This document shows positions 12,658 to 26,442 of a DNA stretch of 64,000 bases, one piece after another. Source of the stretch: Octopus sinensis (taxonomy: Eukaryota); assembly GCF_006345805.1 (NCBI RefSeq), contig NC_042997.1, forward strand, positions 99,138,001-99,202,000. The letters run 5' to 3'. The notes under the pieces are model-generated. The model did no database searches. It was not told the DNA's origin and saw only the letters and a list, made by a program, of their open reading frames with translations. The position numbers were made by a program, and so were the translations under genes. How positions within the stretch are numbered: the stretch's first letter is position 1; every line of letters begins with the position of its first letter.

Positions 12658-12784
12658 ATTTTCAAAAGTAGCTACCCTCCATATACTCTCGAAGATCTCA
12701 TTGCCCTTCTCTTCCAAGTGTTCAAAATATCGATGCATTTCATCACGACATACCAAGAATCTTTGTCTCTCATCTTCCCATCAG
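12658..12784 (+). CDS. Candidate exon (IFKSSYPPYTLEDLIALLFQVFKISMHFITTYQESLSLIFPS)
   Basis: Pyrimidine-rich acceptor ttgtccttcatccctgcaag and consensus donor CAG|gtaagt; alternative acceptor at 12593; strand ambiguous. Confidence 0.35.
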
Positions 12785-12944
12785 GTAAGTCCACAATTTC
12801 CAATTGTATATCTTTGGCAATAACGTTTAGTAGAAAGATCTTCGTCTTCTATTATGGTACGGAGGTCGCTAAAATATAACATCCGATATGGCTTGATGTT
12901 CATCACAATATCAGTGACAAGTCTTAGTCTTATTGTTTATCTCA

Positions 12945-13165
12945 TTTAGCACGTCGGGCAAAATGCTTAGCTGCATTTCGTCCGTCTTTATATTCTAAGT
13001 TCAAATGCCGCTGAAGTCGACATCCTCTTTCACCGTTTCAGGGTCGATAAAATAAGTACTGGACTCAATGTTATTGACTGAAGTCAATATAATCGACTCT
13101 AGTAATCGACTTACACCCTCACTTGAAATTGCAGGCCTTGTGCCAAAACTTGAAACCATTAATTA
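12945..13165 (+). mobile_element. tRNA-derived SINE family B
   Basis: ttagcacgtcgggcaaaatgc head and gtcgac...tttcaggGTCGATAAAATAAGTAC core shared with other B copies. Confidence 0.75.
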
Positions 13166-13284
13166 TGCTATTTAATAGCTACAGTGTACGCAAAGCAAAT
13201 AAGAGCCCGTCTTCTACACGTCGGTAAATGAAACGGCCCAATGAGCGTCATCAACCAAATTGCTTTGAGGTGCAAATATTCTTT

Positions 13285-13625
13285 TCTACTCTAGGCACAA
13301 GGCTCGAAATTTTTGTAAGGGGACTAAGTTGATTAGATCGACCCCAGCACGATCCCGAAAGAATGAAAGGCAAAGTCGACCTCGGCGGAATTTGAACTCA
13401 GAACGTAAAGACAGACGAGATACCTATTTCTTTACTACCCACAAGGGGCTATACACAGAGGGGACAAACAAGGACAGACAAACGAAGGCGATTATATCGA
13501 CCCCAGTGCGTAACTGGTACTTAATTTATCGACCCCGAAAGGATGAAAGGCAAAGTCGACCTCGGCGGAATTTGAACTCAGAACGTAACGGCAGCCGAAA
13601 TACGGCTACGCATTTCGCCCGTGAG
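13285..13625 (-). mobile_element. Two adjacent or nested family B SINEs
   Basis: gaaaggcaaagtcgacctcggcggaatttgaactcagaacgtaa occurs twice (about 13365 and 13545). Confidence 0.85.
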
Positions 13626-14741
13626 GTTCTTGTTATTTTTATTTTATTTTCAGAAGAATACAAGAATTCACCACTGATGGTCTTTATTCATGCCGAAACG
13701 GACACCGTAACATATGTGGAATTAATCATTATGCTATAGCTGTATTTAATTGACACTTAAATTAAGTACCAGTGAAACACTGGGGTCGATGTAATCGACT
13801 AGTCTCCTCCCTCAAAATTTCAGGCCTTGTGCCCTAAGTAGAAAGGATTATCCAGAGGGGACAACAGAAGAACTTGGGTACTTGCTTAAGAATTGCTCAA
13901 GACTATAGCTCTTTCTGTCAGTGATGGAAAATTGGATTTTAACTCAGAACTCACAGAATTGAAACAGCTAACTAAAAGCCTCTTGTTCCATGTTTTAATA
14001 TTTCATCAATTCGCAACCTCCGACCGGTACTTTATTTATCGACTCTAAAAGGATAAAAGATGAGGGAGAAAAAGAGGGAATTTGAACTCAGAATGCAGTG
14101 AACAGGAAGGAATGCCAGTGAGACATCATACGATATAAGAATGGAATGTCCATCTGCAATAGATTAGAAAATATTTCGATAAGTGTACTGCATGAAAGTA
14201 TCTTCCAAACTTATGTGCTTGTGTATGTGTGTGTGAGTATAAGCGGCATACAGAGGGAGAGTTCGAAAGAGAGGAGTAATTGGCAGAATAAGAAGTGAAA
14301 TAAAATACCTTAGAGTATAGATTTCGTTAAGTTATGCAAAAACAATCAACGGAGAACACGTGTGTGCTAATGTAAAATTTATTTTGTTTCATTAGGTTAT
14401 ACACCGTGAAGGCGAGAGAGATCAGCCGCCTCGTGCTTCGGAGTCTCCTTCACTGCTGACCAGTTCACTAGCTAGCCTTTCAGTGAAGTTTCTGTCTACA
14501 GTTCGTCTGTTATAAGTTCATGGGCAGTGCCCTACAAGGGCATCGTTTCCTAGTCTCTAACGTCTGTATCCCACGTATCCCAGCGAGTACAGCTAGTTTT
14601 GCAGGAAATTATGATCATAATTATTTCTAATATAGGTAAATGGCCTGAATTGCTAAAAAGGTTATTCGAGTAAGTTGATCATAGTATCTGACCCTTTACT
14701 TTATTTTTACCTTCTAAGGTAGAGTTACCTTCTTGAGTCAT

Positions 14742-14935
14742 ATCAACTCATAAGCGCTGGTTTCCCGGTTTTCGAGGTATATATATTCTCCACCTGGACG
14801 GGACGCCGGTCCGTCGCAGGTTTACTCATTTTTGAAGATGAGAGGACTGGAGCAATGTGAAATGAAGTGTTTTGCTCAAGAACACAACGCGTCGCCCGGT
14901 CCAGAAATGGAAACCACTTTCGACCCAAACTCCGA
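14742..14935 (-). mobile_element. SINE family D
   Basis: ggactggagcaatgtgaaatgaagtgttttgctcaagaacacaacgcgtcgcccggtcc. Confidence 0.8.
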
Positions 14936-17780
14936 ACGTGGAGATCTGTAGCTGAACACTGCCAGGCATTTGGTTTGATACTTTACCGATTTTGCATATC
15001 AAGAAAAAAACTAATTTTTAAAGTAACAGTTGATGGAATTTTGGGAATTTCAATGACAAAAACAGTTTAGATATATGTAAGGAATGAAGGTTTGATCTGT
15101 GTCTTGTATTGTAACGACCGTAGTGCTTCATTTCAGTTTTATTAAACCTCCTCATCGAAAGTACTGTCTAGACACATACAGTAAGATCCCTGAACAAGGG
15201 GTGGAGATGTGGTGTTATATATAGAAGTGATTCACATACAAACTGAATCGAATGCATACACACATGTGTTATATATATGTATGTGTATATATTTATATTT
15301 ATAAATAATATATCTACACACACACACACCCACACACACACACATACACATACATATATATATATATATAAAGAGAGAGAGATAGAGAGAGAGAGATGAG
15401 GGGGACGCACTAAAATTTAAACTTACGCCTAGCATCACTAGTCGAGAAATTAGAATCTTCACTAAGGCATTAGTCATTATGTTAATGTAATAACTTGAAA
15501 TGCGTGGGTTGGATTGTATTTTCACCGCAATAAATCACTACTATATTGGTTCTTCTCTTAAGACAACAACGAGGATGACTAAAACGTGTTTAGTGTGCAA
15601 CATTCACTGAGAATACTATAAAGTATTTATATACATACAAATCGTCGATTTCTTAAGAAGAACCCACTGAATTTCGGTATTCTTAATTATGACCATTTTA
15701 AATGATGTAAACCTATTCCGACTCTAGCAATCTACATTAAGCCGTAGTAAACTTTTACTGAATTTTTATTGCAAGCTTTAGTCAAAATGTATAACACTGC
15801 TATTAGATAAGAACTGCATTTCTATTACATTGAAACTATTTACAAAGAATTAAACCTCTATCTATATCTTCAGAATGTCATTATCATTTTCCCTGCTTCT
15901 CAATTCTTATAATACTAATTCTCAGAGAGAATGACTATAACATTATTATGATCAGTGACGTTTAAAATCGGCAGCATTGGCGTGTTTCCAGTCTCATGAT
16001 TATTTTTACCAATTTCATGCAAATTGCTATGATCATGAATGAATAATTTATTACTTACGTAAGGAGATAATTATAGATTACATCATGCAGCCTATGAATT
16101 AGTAAATCCCCTCTCTGTTAATATATTGACGTCTTACTCTAAAAGATATTTTGGATTGAGATGAACAAAAAAGAACAAATTATTGATAACGAGAAATCAT
16201 TAATAAAAACTACATATATTTTCCCATGAAGATATTCCTTCAGATAATATATAGAATTCTCTATAATTATTGTCAATGCTTTTTCGTCAAAGCAACCTCA
16301 TTTTCTATGTGTAACTCAAACCTTATGAATGCGTGTGCAAGAGGAAATGATAAAATTTTATCCACTGTTGTGATGATGATGATGACGATTAGATTAAGTT
16401 TATATTCACACATATCTTATGCATTAGATAATTTTTTTTATACTTTCGTTTCTTTATTTTCAGTATTGATTCACTGTACACTATTAGCCACAAACGTTTG
16501 ATGCAATTCATTTAAATACACAAAATTTTTATTTGGAGTCTGATTCATATTATTGTCTTGCTGGTAATATGCTTAGCGTTTTTAGAGAGAGGTGACTACA
16601 GAAGGCTTCGTTGTTACTGTTTAGATCCCAGTTCAACCCCGATCAGACAGACCAGACTTTCCTCTCATGGCCGTCCAGTATTTTCGTTGCATAGAGGATT
16701 ACAATGTCTAATGTACTTCCTCCTTATATTAGACGATATGATGCGATTTAAAGAAGATTTGGTTGCGAAATCTAGCGGACCGAGCAACCACGTACAGGCT
16801 CTCTTGTTGTTGCTGTTTTTCCTGCTGTTGATGTTGTTGTTATTGTTGTTATTGTCGTCGCCGTCGTCGTCGTTGTTGTTGCTGCTGTTGTTGTTATTGT
16901 CGTCGCCGTCGTTGTCGTTGTTGTTGTTCAATCTGAGGTCTTTGGTTTAACTAAATACATTAAGGCCAATGTCTATACTCTCATAGAGTATAGTATATCT
17001 TAAGCATAGTATCTAATGTGTTCTTTCCGTGTTAAAATATACTGTGTGATTCAAAGGCAATTTTCCAATGTCTAATAGTCATATAGAATCCCCTTTGCTA
17101 TTATAAACAATAGTTGAAACCTTACATCAGGGTAACTTAACGATTTCCCTTTTTTCTTATTTCTAATTCAACATGAGTTATATATATCTAGGAGCAATAG
17201 CTATTTGATGGAGCAAATAGAAATGCTACTAACTCAGAAATAATAACTAAACGAAGCTCAAAACCTAATACTATAAACCTTATGAAGAACAAGCAATGAA
17301 CGCTTACCATATGCGTTTATCCATTACTGTTTCAATCCTTTATATTATGGCAGTATTTACCCTTTCTGATCGATATTCATTTTTCCCAAATTTTTATCAT
17401 TAGAATATCAGAATATTTAAATAGAATAATTAATATCTTGCAATAGCGTGATTTCGTTCATTATTGTTTCTGTAGTTATTTTGATTGCACTTTTTTAAAC
17501 AAAAACACACATAAACATTATCATCTTTCTGTGTGAAACTATAACGCCGCTGAATTTCATATCAGAAAGCTATTACTGTCGTCAATAAAGAAAATCATTT
17601 CAGTCTAATTTAAAATAAATAAATGTAATTACATTGGACCGATTATAATGGTTTTTATGTTAATGTATGACTCAACGTTTAAACATCGATTCAGAAAATT
17701 ACTCTCACGTTGTATATTTTATGCTGTATGTCATATAGTTTATGTTATATATTTTACATTAAGTGAACAGAAATGTTTAA

Positions 17781-17990
17781 GGCGACGAGCTGGTAGAATC
17801 GTTAAAGCGTCGTAGCAAATGCCAAGTAGTGTTTCCGCCCACACATTAACCTCTGTCCGAAGTCGACTTTGCCTTTTATTCCTTCAGGGTTGATAAAATA
17901 AGAACCAGTTTAGCATTGGAATCGATGTAGTTGACTTACCCACTCTACCTAAAATTACTGGCCGTGTGACAAAATTTGAGGCTATTATCA
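17781..17990 (+). mobile_element. SINE family B
   Basis: ggcgacgagctggtagaatcgtta head; gtcgactttgcc core. Confidence 0.75.
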
Positions 17991-18298
17991 GAATCTTTAA
18001 ATTGACAGAATTTCTTCTGGCTTTATACGTTCTGAGTACAAATCCCGCCAAGATCATCCTTCTGTCTGTTATTCTTTTTGAATCGAAAGAAAATAGTATT
18101 GCTCAAGTACTGGGTGGCTGGTAACGTCTACACACTGCCCCACAAAATTACTGTCCTTGTGCCTTAGTTAGAAACAGCTATACGTGCTTTAGCTATGTTA
18201 ATCGACGTTGAATATGTTCTAAAAATGAATTTAGGCCATGGACTAGTGGGATTCATGGTCCAGCTCTCTTGTGATTTACTTTAATGGGTATTTTCATG

Positions 18299-20615
18299 TA
18301 GCCCTGGGTCTAACAAGTCAGAAAATTGATGTTGCCAGCGAACAAAATCTGGGATAGAAGATACCCACCAATGGACTTTTTGACCAAGCCCATTTTCACA
18401 ACTGGAGGCAGAAAATTAGGGCTATGTAAAATTCAAACAGCTGTAACTTTGCAACTCTTCGCTAAAATATTTCAAATGACCACCTGCAATGATTGCCTGA
18501 TGAAGATCTACAAATTCATGCAAACGATAAGGAAATTTATTCTGTAAAAAGGTGACCAGAGGTCAAAAGGTCACGAAATTTGACCTTCATCTATAATATC
18601 TTGCATTCACAGGTTTTATTCATCACCAAGACCCTATAACGTTTTTCTTTATTGAAAATGATTCAAAAGGAACATGTGCTTTTTACTACCAGAAGTAAAA
18701 GAAAATTGTAAAAAGTACTGTTTACTCAGTGGAATGTGAGATATTTCTGCTCCTTTACATACTGTTTTGTACGTATTGGTGAATGTGTCGAATAGAAGTA
18801 AGGCAAAATCTAACAAGTGTTACTTTGGAATCTTTCCTTGAATCATTGCAAATGACAACAAAAGATGATATTTGAGTTGATCTATAAAATGAGAATCAAA
18901 TTATAGAAAGGGATTCTTGAAGTCAAAAGTAAACAAAAATTGACCCTACCTACACCATAGCAGTTTGTTGTGCATCGTCGTTATGACATCAAAGATGGAC
19001 AAAGTCATATAAAGAACGAGCTAAATTCCTTCAGGCTACATTTTTTCAAGCGGGAATGTCTGATGAATAAGACAAAGGCGTGTAACATCGGGATGTTCGT
19101 CCTTGTGAAATTACTACCAGCGAGAAACTTGTCTCATGGACCATTGCAGATGTCAGATGCTTCAACAACCCTTTCAGCATCTCAGATGATGGAAAGTTGT
19201 ACAATCTATCATCTGGCGCTCTGGCTTGAGAAGAAGTTGTGAAGGACGTCCTCACTGCTGAGATTGTTGGTAGGCTAGCAAAGGAAGACTTCATAGAAAA
19301 CAGACTAATGAAGAAGGATGGCTTCTTTGATCCGATTAAACGCCCAAATTTAAAAACCATAGCACACATGAACCAGTCCGGGAAATTCTCAACGTTTCTA
19401 AACAATGATTGTCGAGTACAAGCAGCAGGGAAACGTAGCGTTTCACTTACTAGTGAAGTCTCACGCACAGATTGATCGCAGACTTGACCATGACAAACTG
19501 TTGACATACCCATTGACGCCTGTTCCATACAGCATTGGATTGGTAGACGGATTTCTTGCAAAAACAGACAAATCGAAAGGCTTCAAACATGTTCTGATCC
19601 AAGACAGAGCCTCATCATAGAGGATGAAAGTGCAGTGTTCCTTTGCTTGCTTGAGATTCCACAAATATTCGGGGAAATATCTCGTAAGGTGCTGGAATCT
19701 GCTCTTCAACTGTCGCCTATCATATTTAGCACTGACATGTACAATTACAAGGAAGACTCTGTAAAAGGGGTGGAACGAAACAGATGAGGTGTTGGAGACA
19801 AACTCATCCTGAGTGATGAGAAAACAAATCGTCCGAAAGACTGGAAATATTTTCTTGCAAGTGAAAACAAGACACAGTTCATTCAGCATCTGTTCTCAAC
19901 TTGGAGGAGTGAGGTGTCTTCCGACATTCTCACTGGACATGAGATGGTACTGAAATGTGAAGGAAAAGCTTATAGTTGACATCGGATAGATGTAACATTT
20001 TCTCTCTCGAATCTTCACAGGAAGAAACTGACATTCGTATAATCTTGTATTGCATGTTTGCCAAATAACGATGATGCAAATCCAATCGTGTGAAGAATCC
20101 CGATTCAGACATTTTTGAACTAGATTACTGGAAATACCTCAAATTCTGTTTGAAACTGGAAAGGGCAACATACGACGCTGTATCGATGTGACCAAGCTGG
20201 CTATATCTTCCACGCCTGTTCTCTATTCTGCATTGCTGGATTATCATACCTTCATCGGGTGCGATAGTACCAGTGCCTTCAAAAAGAAGGGGCAATTGAA
20301 GGGACTGAAAGACGTTGAAACAGATGAATCATTCCAGAGAGCGTTCTCCAAATTAGAGGTGTCTTGGGAAGTCGACGAGGAGGTGATGAATGAACAGGAG
20401 TGGTTCACATGTGTGCTGTATGGTAAGAAAAGGACAAAAATGGTGAATACATTGCGGTCCATAAGCAAAGTGCGATGGGAAGGAAAATTTCACAAAATCT
20501 AAGCAATTCGATCTCGCCTCACTGCCCCCATGTAGATACGTTCTCGAGCTACATGTTTGGCGAAGCAACTTCCAGACCAGGACATGCAAGATCACGAAAA
20601 TTGCAAAGCCTCCGT
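18299..20615 (+). mobile_element. Decayed DNA transposon with XPG/FEN1-like (PIN/H3TH) nuclease region, Academ(X)-like; right end lost
   Basis: Frameshifted motifs FFDPIKRPNLKT, YPLTPVPYSIG, SQEETDIRIILYC (20012), PDSDIF, HTFIGCDSTSAFKKKG (20257), DLASLPPC; putative left end TAGCCCTGG at 18299 followed by aggtca/tgacct subterminal motifs. Superfamily assignment is from recall. Confidence 0.65.
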
Positions 20616-20619
20616 CTCC

Positions 20620-20990
20620 ACGTTCGTCCGTCCTCACGTTCTGAGTTCAAATTCCGCCGACGTCGACTTTGTCTTTCATCCATTCGGGGTCGATAAATTA
20701 AATACCAGTGTAACCCTGGGGTTGATGTAATCAACTAGTGCCTTCCCGCTAAATTTCAGGCCTTGTAGCTATAGCAGAAAGAATTATTCTGCTTAGCTAT
20801 AAAAACAGCAATAATCAATTGTTAGAACTCAATATAATTATAATTAACAATAAGGGGGGCGAGCAGACAGGTCCGAGTTCAATTTCAGGATCGATAAAAT
20901 GAGAACCTGTTGAGCACGATGTATTCGATTTACTCCCACTCCCGAAATTGCTGGCCTTGAGCCAAAATTTGAAAGCAATATGCTTATAAT
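20620..20990 (+). mobile_element. Two family B SINE copies truncating the transposon
   Basis: cacgttctgagttcaaattccgccgacgtcgactttg core; second core at about 20870-20975. Confidence 0.75.
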
Positions 20991-23152
20991 TCACAGTATT
21001 ACTAAGATCTGACAGCCAGGAGGTTATAAAATGTCACTCCCTCACTCAACTCTGGGCTCGCAGTTTCTCTATTGCATTAAGCTTCGGTAAACTAATTAAA
21101 ATGATTACATAATTCCTGTTCCTATGTAATTTATTTATTATTTAATATAATTATATATATGTATGTGCGTGTGTATGAGATCGTATATGTGTGTGTGTGT
21201 CGGCGTGCCTGAGTGTGTGTGTGTGTGCGTGTATGGATGTGCGTGTGCATGTGAGTGTGCGTGTGCGTGTATGTGTGTGTGGTGTGTGTGTGTGTGTGTG
21301 TGGTTCTCTATGACTGCATTTATGCACTTTCATGCGTATAGTTTTGTATCTATAAATATGCATTTTTATCCGTTCTGCTTGTCCGAAAAATATAAATGCC
21401 TTCCCCTTTTTTTTAATTATTAATTACATATAGAGCTGCGTACATGAAATGAAATCATATCAGCAAAATTGTAAATGATCTTTATATGTTTGACCACAGC
21501 ACCTCAAAACATCCCATTTTATTTATATCTGACTTTTAGATACAGCTATGTTACACACATAGGTCACAAAAAGCGTTGTTAGATACACAGATATAAGTGT
21601 ATGGATTAGAGATATTGCCACTTGGGAAACGACATATTTTACTGATAATTAGACGAGGCATCACAGAGAATATATTGACTAACTGCAAGTTATGAATCAG
21701 CATAGAAAAGAAGAGCAAAAAAAACAGTCGTCTTTCCCAATATTTAATAGAAAATACTTATTGGTGTCAAGAAAGACCTATAATGAAAGAGACTGCCTGA
21801 TCAATAATTCAATATCTACATAGATAATTACATGATTTGATAAATATAAAGACACATAGTGTACGTATGGATGCATATAAATGAATATGTATGTATTTAT
21901 GTACATACACCTATATATACATATATATATATAACTATGTATATATACATACGCACACACACACACGCATATATATATATATATATACGCATATAAACAG
22001 ACATACAGATATATATATTTATATACATGCAGACAGACAGGTAACTAGATAGATAGATAGATAGATAGATAGATGATAGATAGATAGATAGATAGATAGA
22101 TTGATAGATTAGTAAAGAGGACTGATGCCTTACTCCATGAACAGGTTGCTGTCAATGGCCGGGTGGTCTGTATGTATGTTTTATCTTGTGACATGAGATA
22201 TGAGAAGCAGAATTGTAGAAAAAAGAAAGCTGATTATAAACTTATCATTATTCAAATGGTTTTACATTAGTGTATGAGTGGAAGATGCTGGCTTTCTAGA
22301 AAGAAAGTCCTTGATCGACTAGTTTGCCTGGATTTTTTTCTGTGTACTACTTACCTGCTAAATCCACTTGTTACTAAAGCATCTGATGAATATGTATCTG
22401 CCTGAGTATAGACTTACAACTGTCCTACTTAAGTCTTCTGCACAATTCTCAGTAACAGCTCTAGGGTGGTTGGAATCTCTATGTATGAATAGCGTTTCCT
22501 CGTTTGTTTGTTGTTGTTTTTTTGTCCTTTTATTTTTTATGTCGGGGAATAGTATTTGTCTATAGGGAATAGTAGTTTAATGTCTTAAAATTAAGCTAAT
22601 TTTAGGTTGGTGCCAGTGGTGATGATTAAGTAGATATGATTGAAAATTCGATCACGTCTTATCAAAATTCATTTATTTAGTGACTGTTCATATTGTGTAT
22701 TACTAAACAGTATGTGCCGAGTCTCATGAGGTCAAATACATCAGCACTGAGATTACTACACTTAAAGCTGTCGAACAGAAACCCATCCACCTTTTTTATT
22801 TTGTGAATCTTCCTCTGTCTATGTATATGTGTGTGTCTGTGTGCGTGTGTGTGTGCGTATGTGTGTGTATGCGTGCGTGTCCGCATGTGTATAAATTTCA
22901 ACTAGGGAATGCAGCAAGCGGGGAGCTGAGGAGAGTAAAAAAGAGACACAGGAGATTTGTATAAATCAAAACTTGTAATCTACAAGTTGTACAGAATGCA
23001 CTTTCACGCGCACAAAACTAATAACACAGATAGAGAAAGAGAGAGAGAGGGGAGAGAGAAAGAGAAGGAAGCATTCACAGTGCAAGCATACATACTTATC
23101 GGGTACACAAATACAAACACACACACGGACACACACACACATATATATATAC

Positions 23153-23293
23153 AAAATTTAGAGGATTGACCACTAAAGTGGACAGCCTATATGCAAAACA
23201 TAGACGTCTATTTAGTCCTTACTACTACTACTACTACTACGTCTATGTTTAGCATATAGTCTGTCCACTTTAGGGGCCAGTCCTCTAAATTTT
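23153..23293. repeat. Fold-back element: about 55-bp inverted arms with (TAC)n spacer
   Basis: 23153-23207 vs reverse complement of 23239-23293, 5 mismatches by manual alignment. Confidence 0.85.
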
Positions 23294-24077
23294 TATGTAA
23301 CACAAATTTTATCTTCAGATTTTTTTAAATATGCTAAGCCACTTGTTTTAATTGATTAATATCAATTTCTATCCTTATTATTGAATTTATATATATATAC
23401 AAACATATACCTATATATATATATGTATACATGCATATATTTACACATGTATATATGTGTTTATATATACACCTATGCGTGGGGGTGTGGGCGGGTGTGT
23501 GCATGCTTGCGTGTGTGTGTGTGTGTGTGCCAGATGTATGTCAGAAATCAACATTTCTCGGTGGTACATTCAAAAATTTAGTAAGCTGTAAAGGATGCCT
23601 GGTTAAGTCGTACTCAAATCTCCTTAGAAGTACCAGCTCGAATTATAGATAAAACGTTCATTGTGTATTGGAGCATAGATAGCGAGGACAATTTTTCATG
23701 CATACTTTACGAACACTAGATAAACACTATGGTTTATTTAATAGACTTGATCTGGTTAAATTAGTTTTGCATTCATATGATACACTGCTAAGATACGTAA
23801 TTACATAAGAGTAACTATTACGCTATTAAAAGTAAGTTTAAATAAGTTCATCTTAACTAAGGTACGCAAACATCATCTGCGTTAGATGAATTGCATATAT
23901 TTATTTATGCACATATATATCGGTTTTGTTTTTAAAACAGAAATGATTAGCTACATCAATGGAGTTCAATATCTATCTATATCATAAGACGTTTCTATTA
24001 TTTATAATTACATAGAGAAAAGCGTATCTGATGGCTCTACATCCTTGCTTGAGAAAATGCTAATAACAGCATATAGA

Positions 24078-24330
24078 CACAGACGTGGCTGTGTGCTGAG
24101 AGGATTGCTTCTCAATCACATGGTTCTAGGTTCGGTCCCATTGAGCGGCATCTTCGGCAGCACTCTTCTAATATAGCCGTAGGCCGACCAAAAGCTTGTG
24201 AGAGGATTTGGTGAACAGAAACTGGAAGTAGCCCGTCGTGTGTATGCATGTGTGTGTGTGTCTGTCTGATTGTCTGTGTGTCTGTGTGTCTGCCTGTGTG
24301 TGTCTGTGCGTTTCTGTTTGTGTGTCTGTG
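24078..24330 (+). mobile_element. SINE family A, 5' half
   Basis: gtggctgtgtg...cacatggttctaggttcggtccc...ggatttggtg...gcccgtcgt. Confidence 0.75.
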
Positions 24331-24375
24331 TATGTCTCCGTGTGTGTCTATATATGAATGTGTGTGTGCGTGATT

Positions 24376-24406
<31 letters not shown>

Positions 24407-25404
24407 CAGCAGCAGTAAGGAATAAAGGAAAGTGAATGTAAGATTTGTATGCTCTAATATGGTTAAAGTCCTCAATGGTATATTTATTATGTGTGCATAT
24501 GTGAGTGAGAGAGATAGTGGACGTTTTATGTACGTATGAGAATCTGCATGTGTTTGAAATATTTATCGTCTGCTTACACTACTCACCTAAAAACAGACAT
24601 TCTCTCTAAATTCATATATAATTCAGAAAACATAACTTAAATATGTGTGTATATTTGCATGCACATGTGAATAATTCTTACATATTTCTACGTAGCAGAT
24701 GCATAGCCATAATTTCTATCGCTACATGTAGACATTTAGACATAATTCGAAAGATCAGTATGTGAGTTTGAAATTGTAATTTTTATGATTCATCCACTGC
24801 ACATGCAAATGTGATTGGTTTCTTAAAAGCATTAGCAGCTAATGTAATTGTTTATTAACATTATTAGTTGCTAACAGAATTGACAGCAAAAGCAAATCGC
24901 TCTTAAGGTAATTAGAAAACAATCTTTGAAACACTATCGTCATAGTATTTCCGCCTACAGCCATCGCTTCATAATTATTTCATATCTTCAGTGATTGCAT
25001 TTTTGACGGTGACCTATTTCTACAATATAACACGGTCTGCGTTTCTGCAGGCGTATCAATTAATATTACATATATTCATTTGAATATAGTATCACATATA
25101 CGTATGTATCTAAAGATTTATATATATATATTTATGTGTAAGTATGTATACACGCACCACACACACACCACACACACACACATGTATACAAATATTATAT
25201 ACATATACATATACATATACATATATATATATACATACATATACGATGTAGAAACTTCCTTCTGTCATAATTTCGAATTAATAACAAGTGTATGATATAT
25301 ACATTCATAGGTACATACGTAAATAAATACGTGTAGAAAAACACACACACATACACACACGCACACACGTATGTATATATCTATGCAAACATATATACAT
25401 ATAT

Positions 25405-25451
<47 letters not shown>

Positions 25452-25466
25452 TAATAAAACATATGC

Positions 25467-25498
<32 letters not shown>

Positions 25499-25549
25499 TA
25501 TATGTACGTACCTACCTCTACATGTATATATACACGCATATATGAGTAC

Positions 25550-26005
25550 AGGACACCAAATAAACCTCGAACACAATGAGAAACGAAAACATAGACACAA
25601 ACCCAAGGAACTGGACATTTCTCTTAAACAACAAAAAAATAGAGTACAGGACAAATAACACAAGGAACAAACCCCTTCTTCAGTCGCCATGGTTTCATCT
25701 ACTCTACGTTTCGAAGGTGAAGGCGAGACGTATCTTCGATAAGAAACTTTCCTTCCTGCGAAAAGCAAATCAAATAAAATTTGAGATCTTTTTGCAGAGG
25801 GGTAAAAATGGTAACAAAAACAGGACAGTAACGACAGTACAAAATATAAGCAGTAAAAGACAGGACAAGGAAAATAACAAGACAAGAAGGGCTGTAAACG
25901 GCGAACGAAAAAAACTATTACGAACGCTAATTTCTGTGAACGGCGAACGGAGCAAAGAAAATTGCCGTCCACACCTCAAGAAGATCAGGCTAGAAAGACA
26001 GTAGC
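25550..26005 (-). mobile_element. Unclassified insertion, possibly a PLE-like terminal-repeat remnant
   Basis: Unique sequence between (TA)n tracts carrying CGAAACGT and CTGAAGA words on the minus strand; no productive hammerhead fold found. Confidence 0.3.
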
Positions 26006-26335
26006 GGAGCTCTCGTCGCGGGTCAACGACGGGAGGGAGGAGGAGAAGCAAGAGAAATGGAAAGAAGAAAGGGGAATGGTTGTGAGGAAACCATGAAGAA
26101 TGAGAGAGAGAGTAAAGAATGAGAGAGAGGGAGAGACAGTTAAGTAGAAGAAAAGGAAATCAAAGAATGGAGGCTGAGAAAGGGATGGGACAGAAAGGTT
26201 AAGAGTGCGCATCAAAATTAATATCAAGAACAATCTTACTTAGAAAGGGATGCGTGCGTTCCGTCATATAATATATTAATAAATAAAACATATGCATATA
26301 TATATATACATATATGTACGTACCTATACATACAT

Positions 26336-26442
<107 letters not shown>

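Noticed and set aside
14406-14453. GC-rich hairpin GTGAAGG..AGA/TCTCCTTCAC
   Set aside because: Only about 10 bp with a bulge and no family evidence; compatible with chance.
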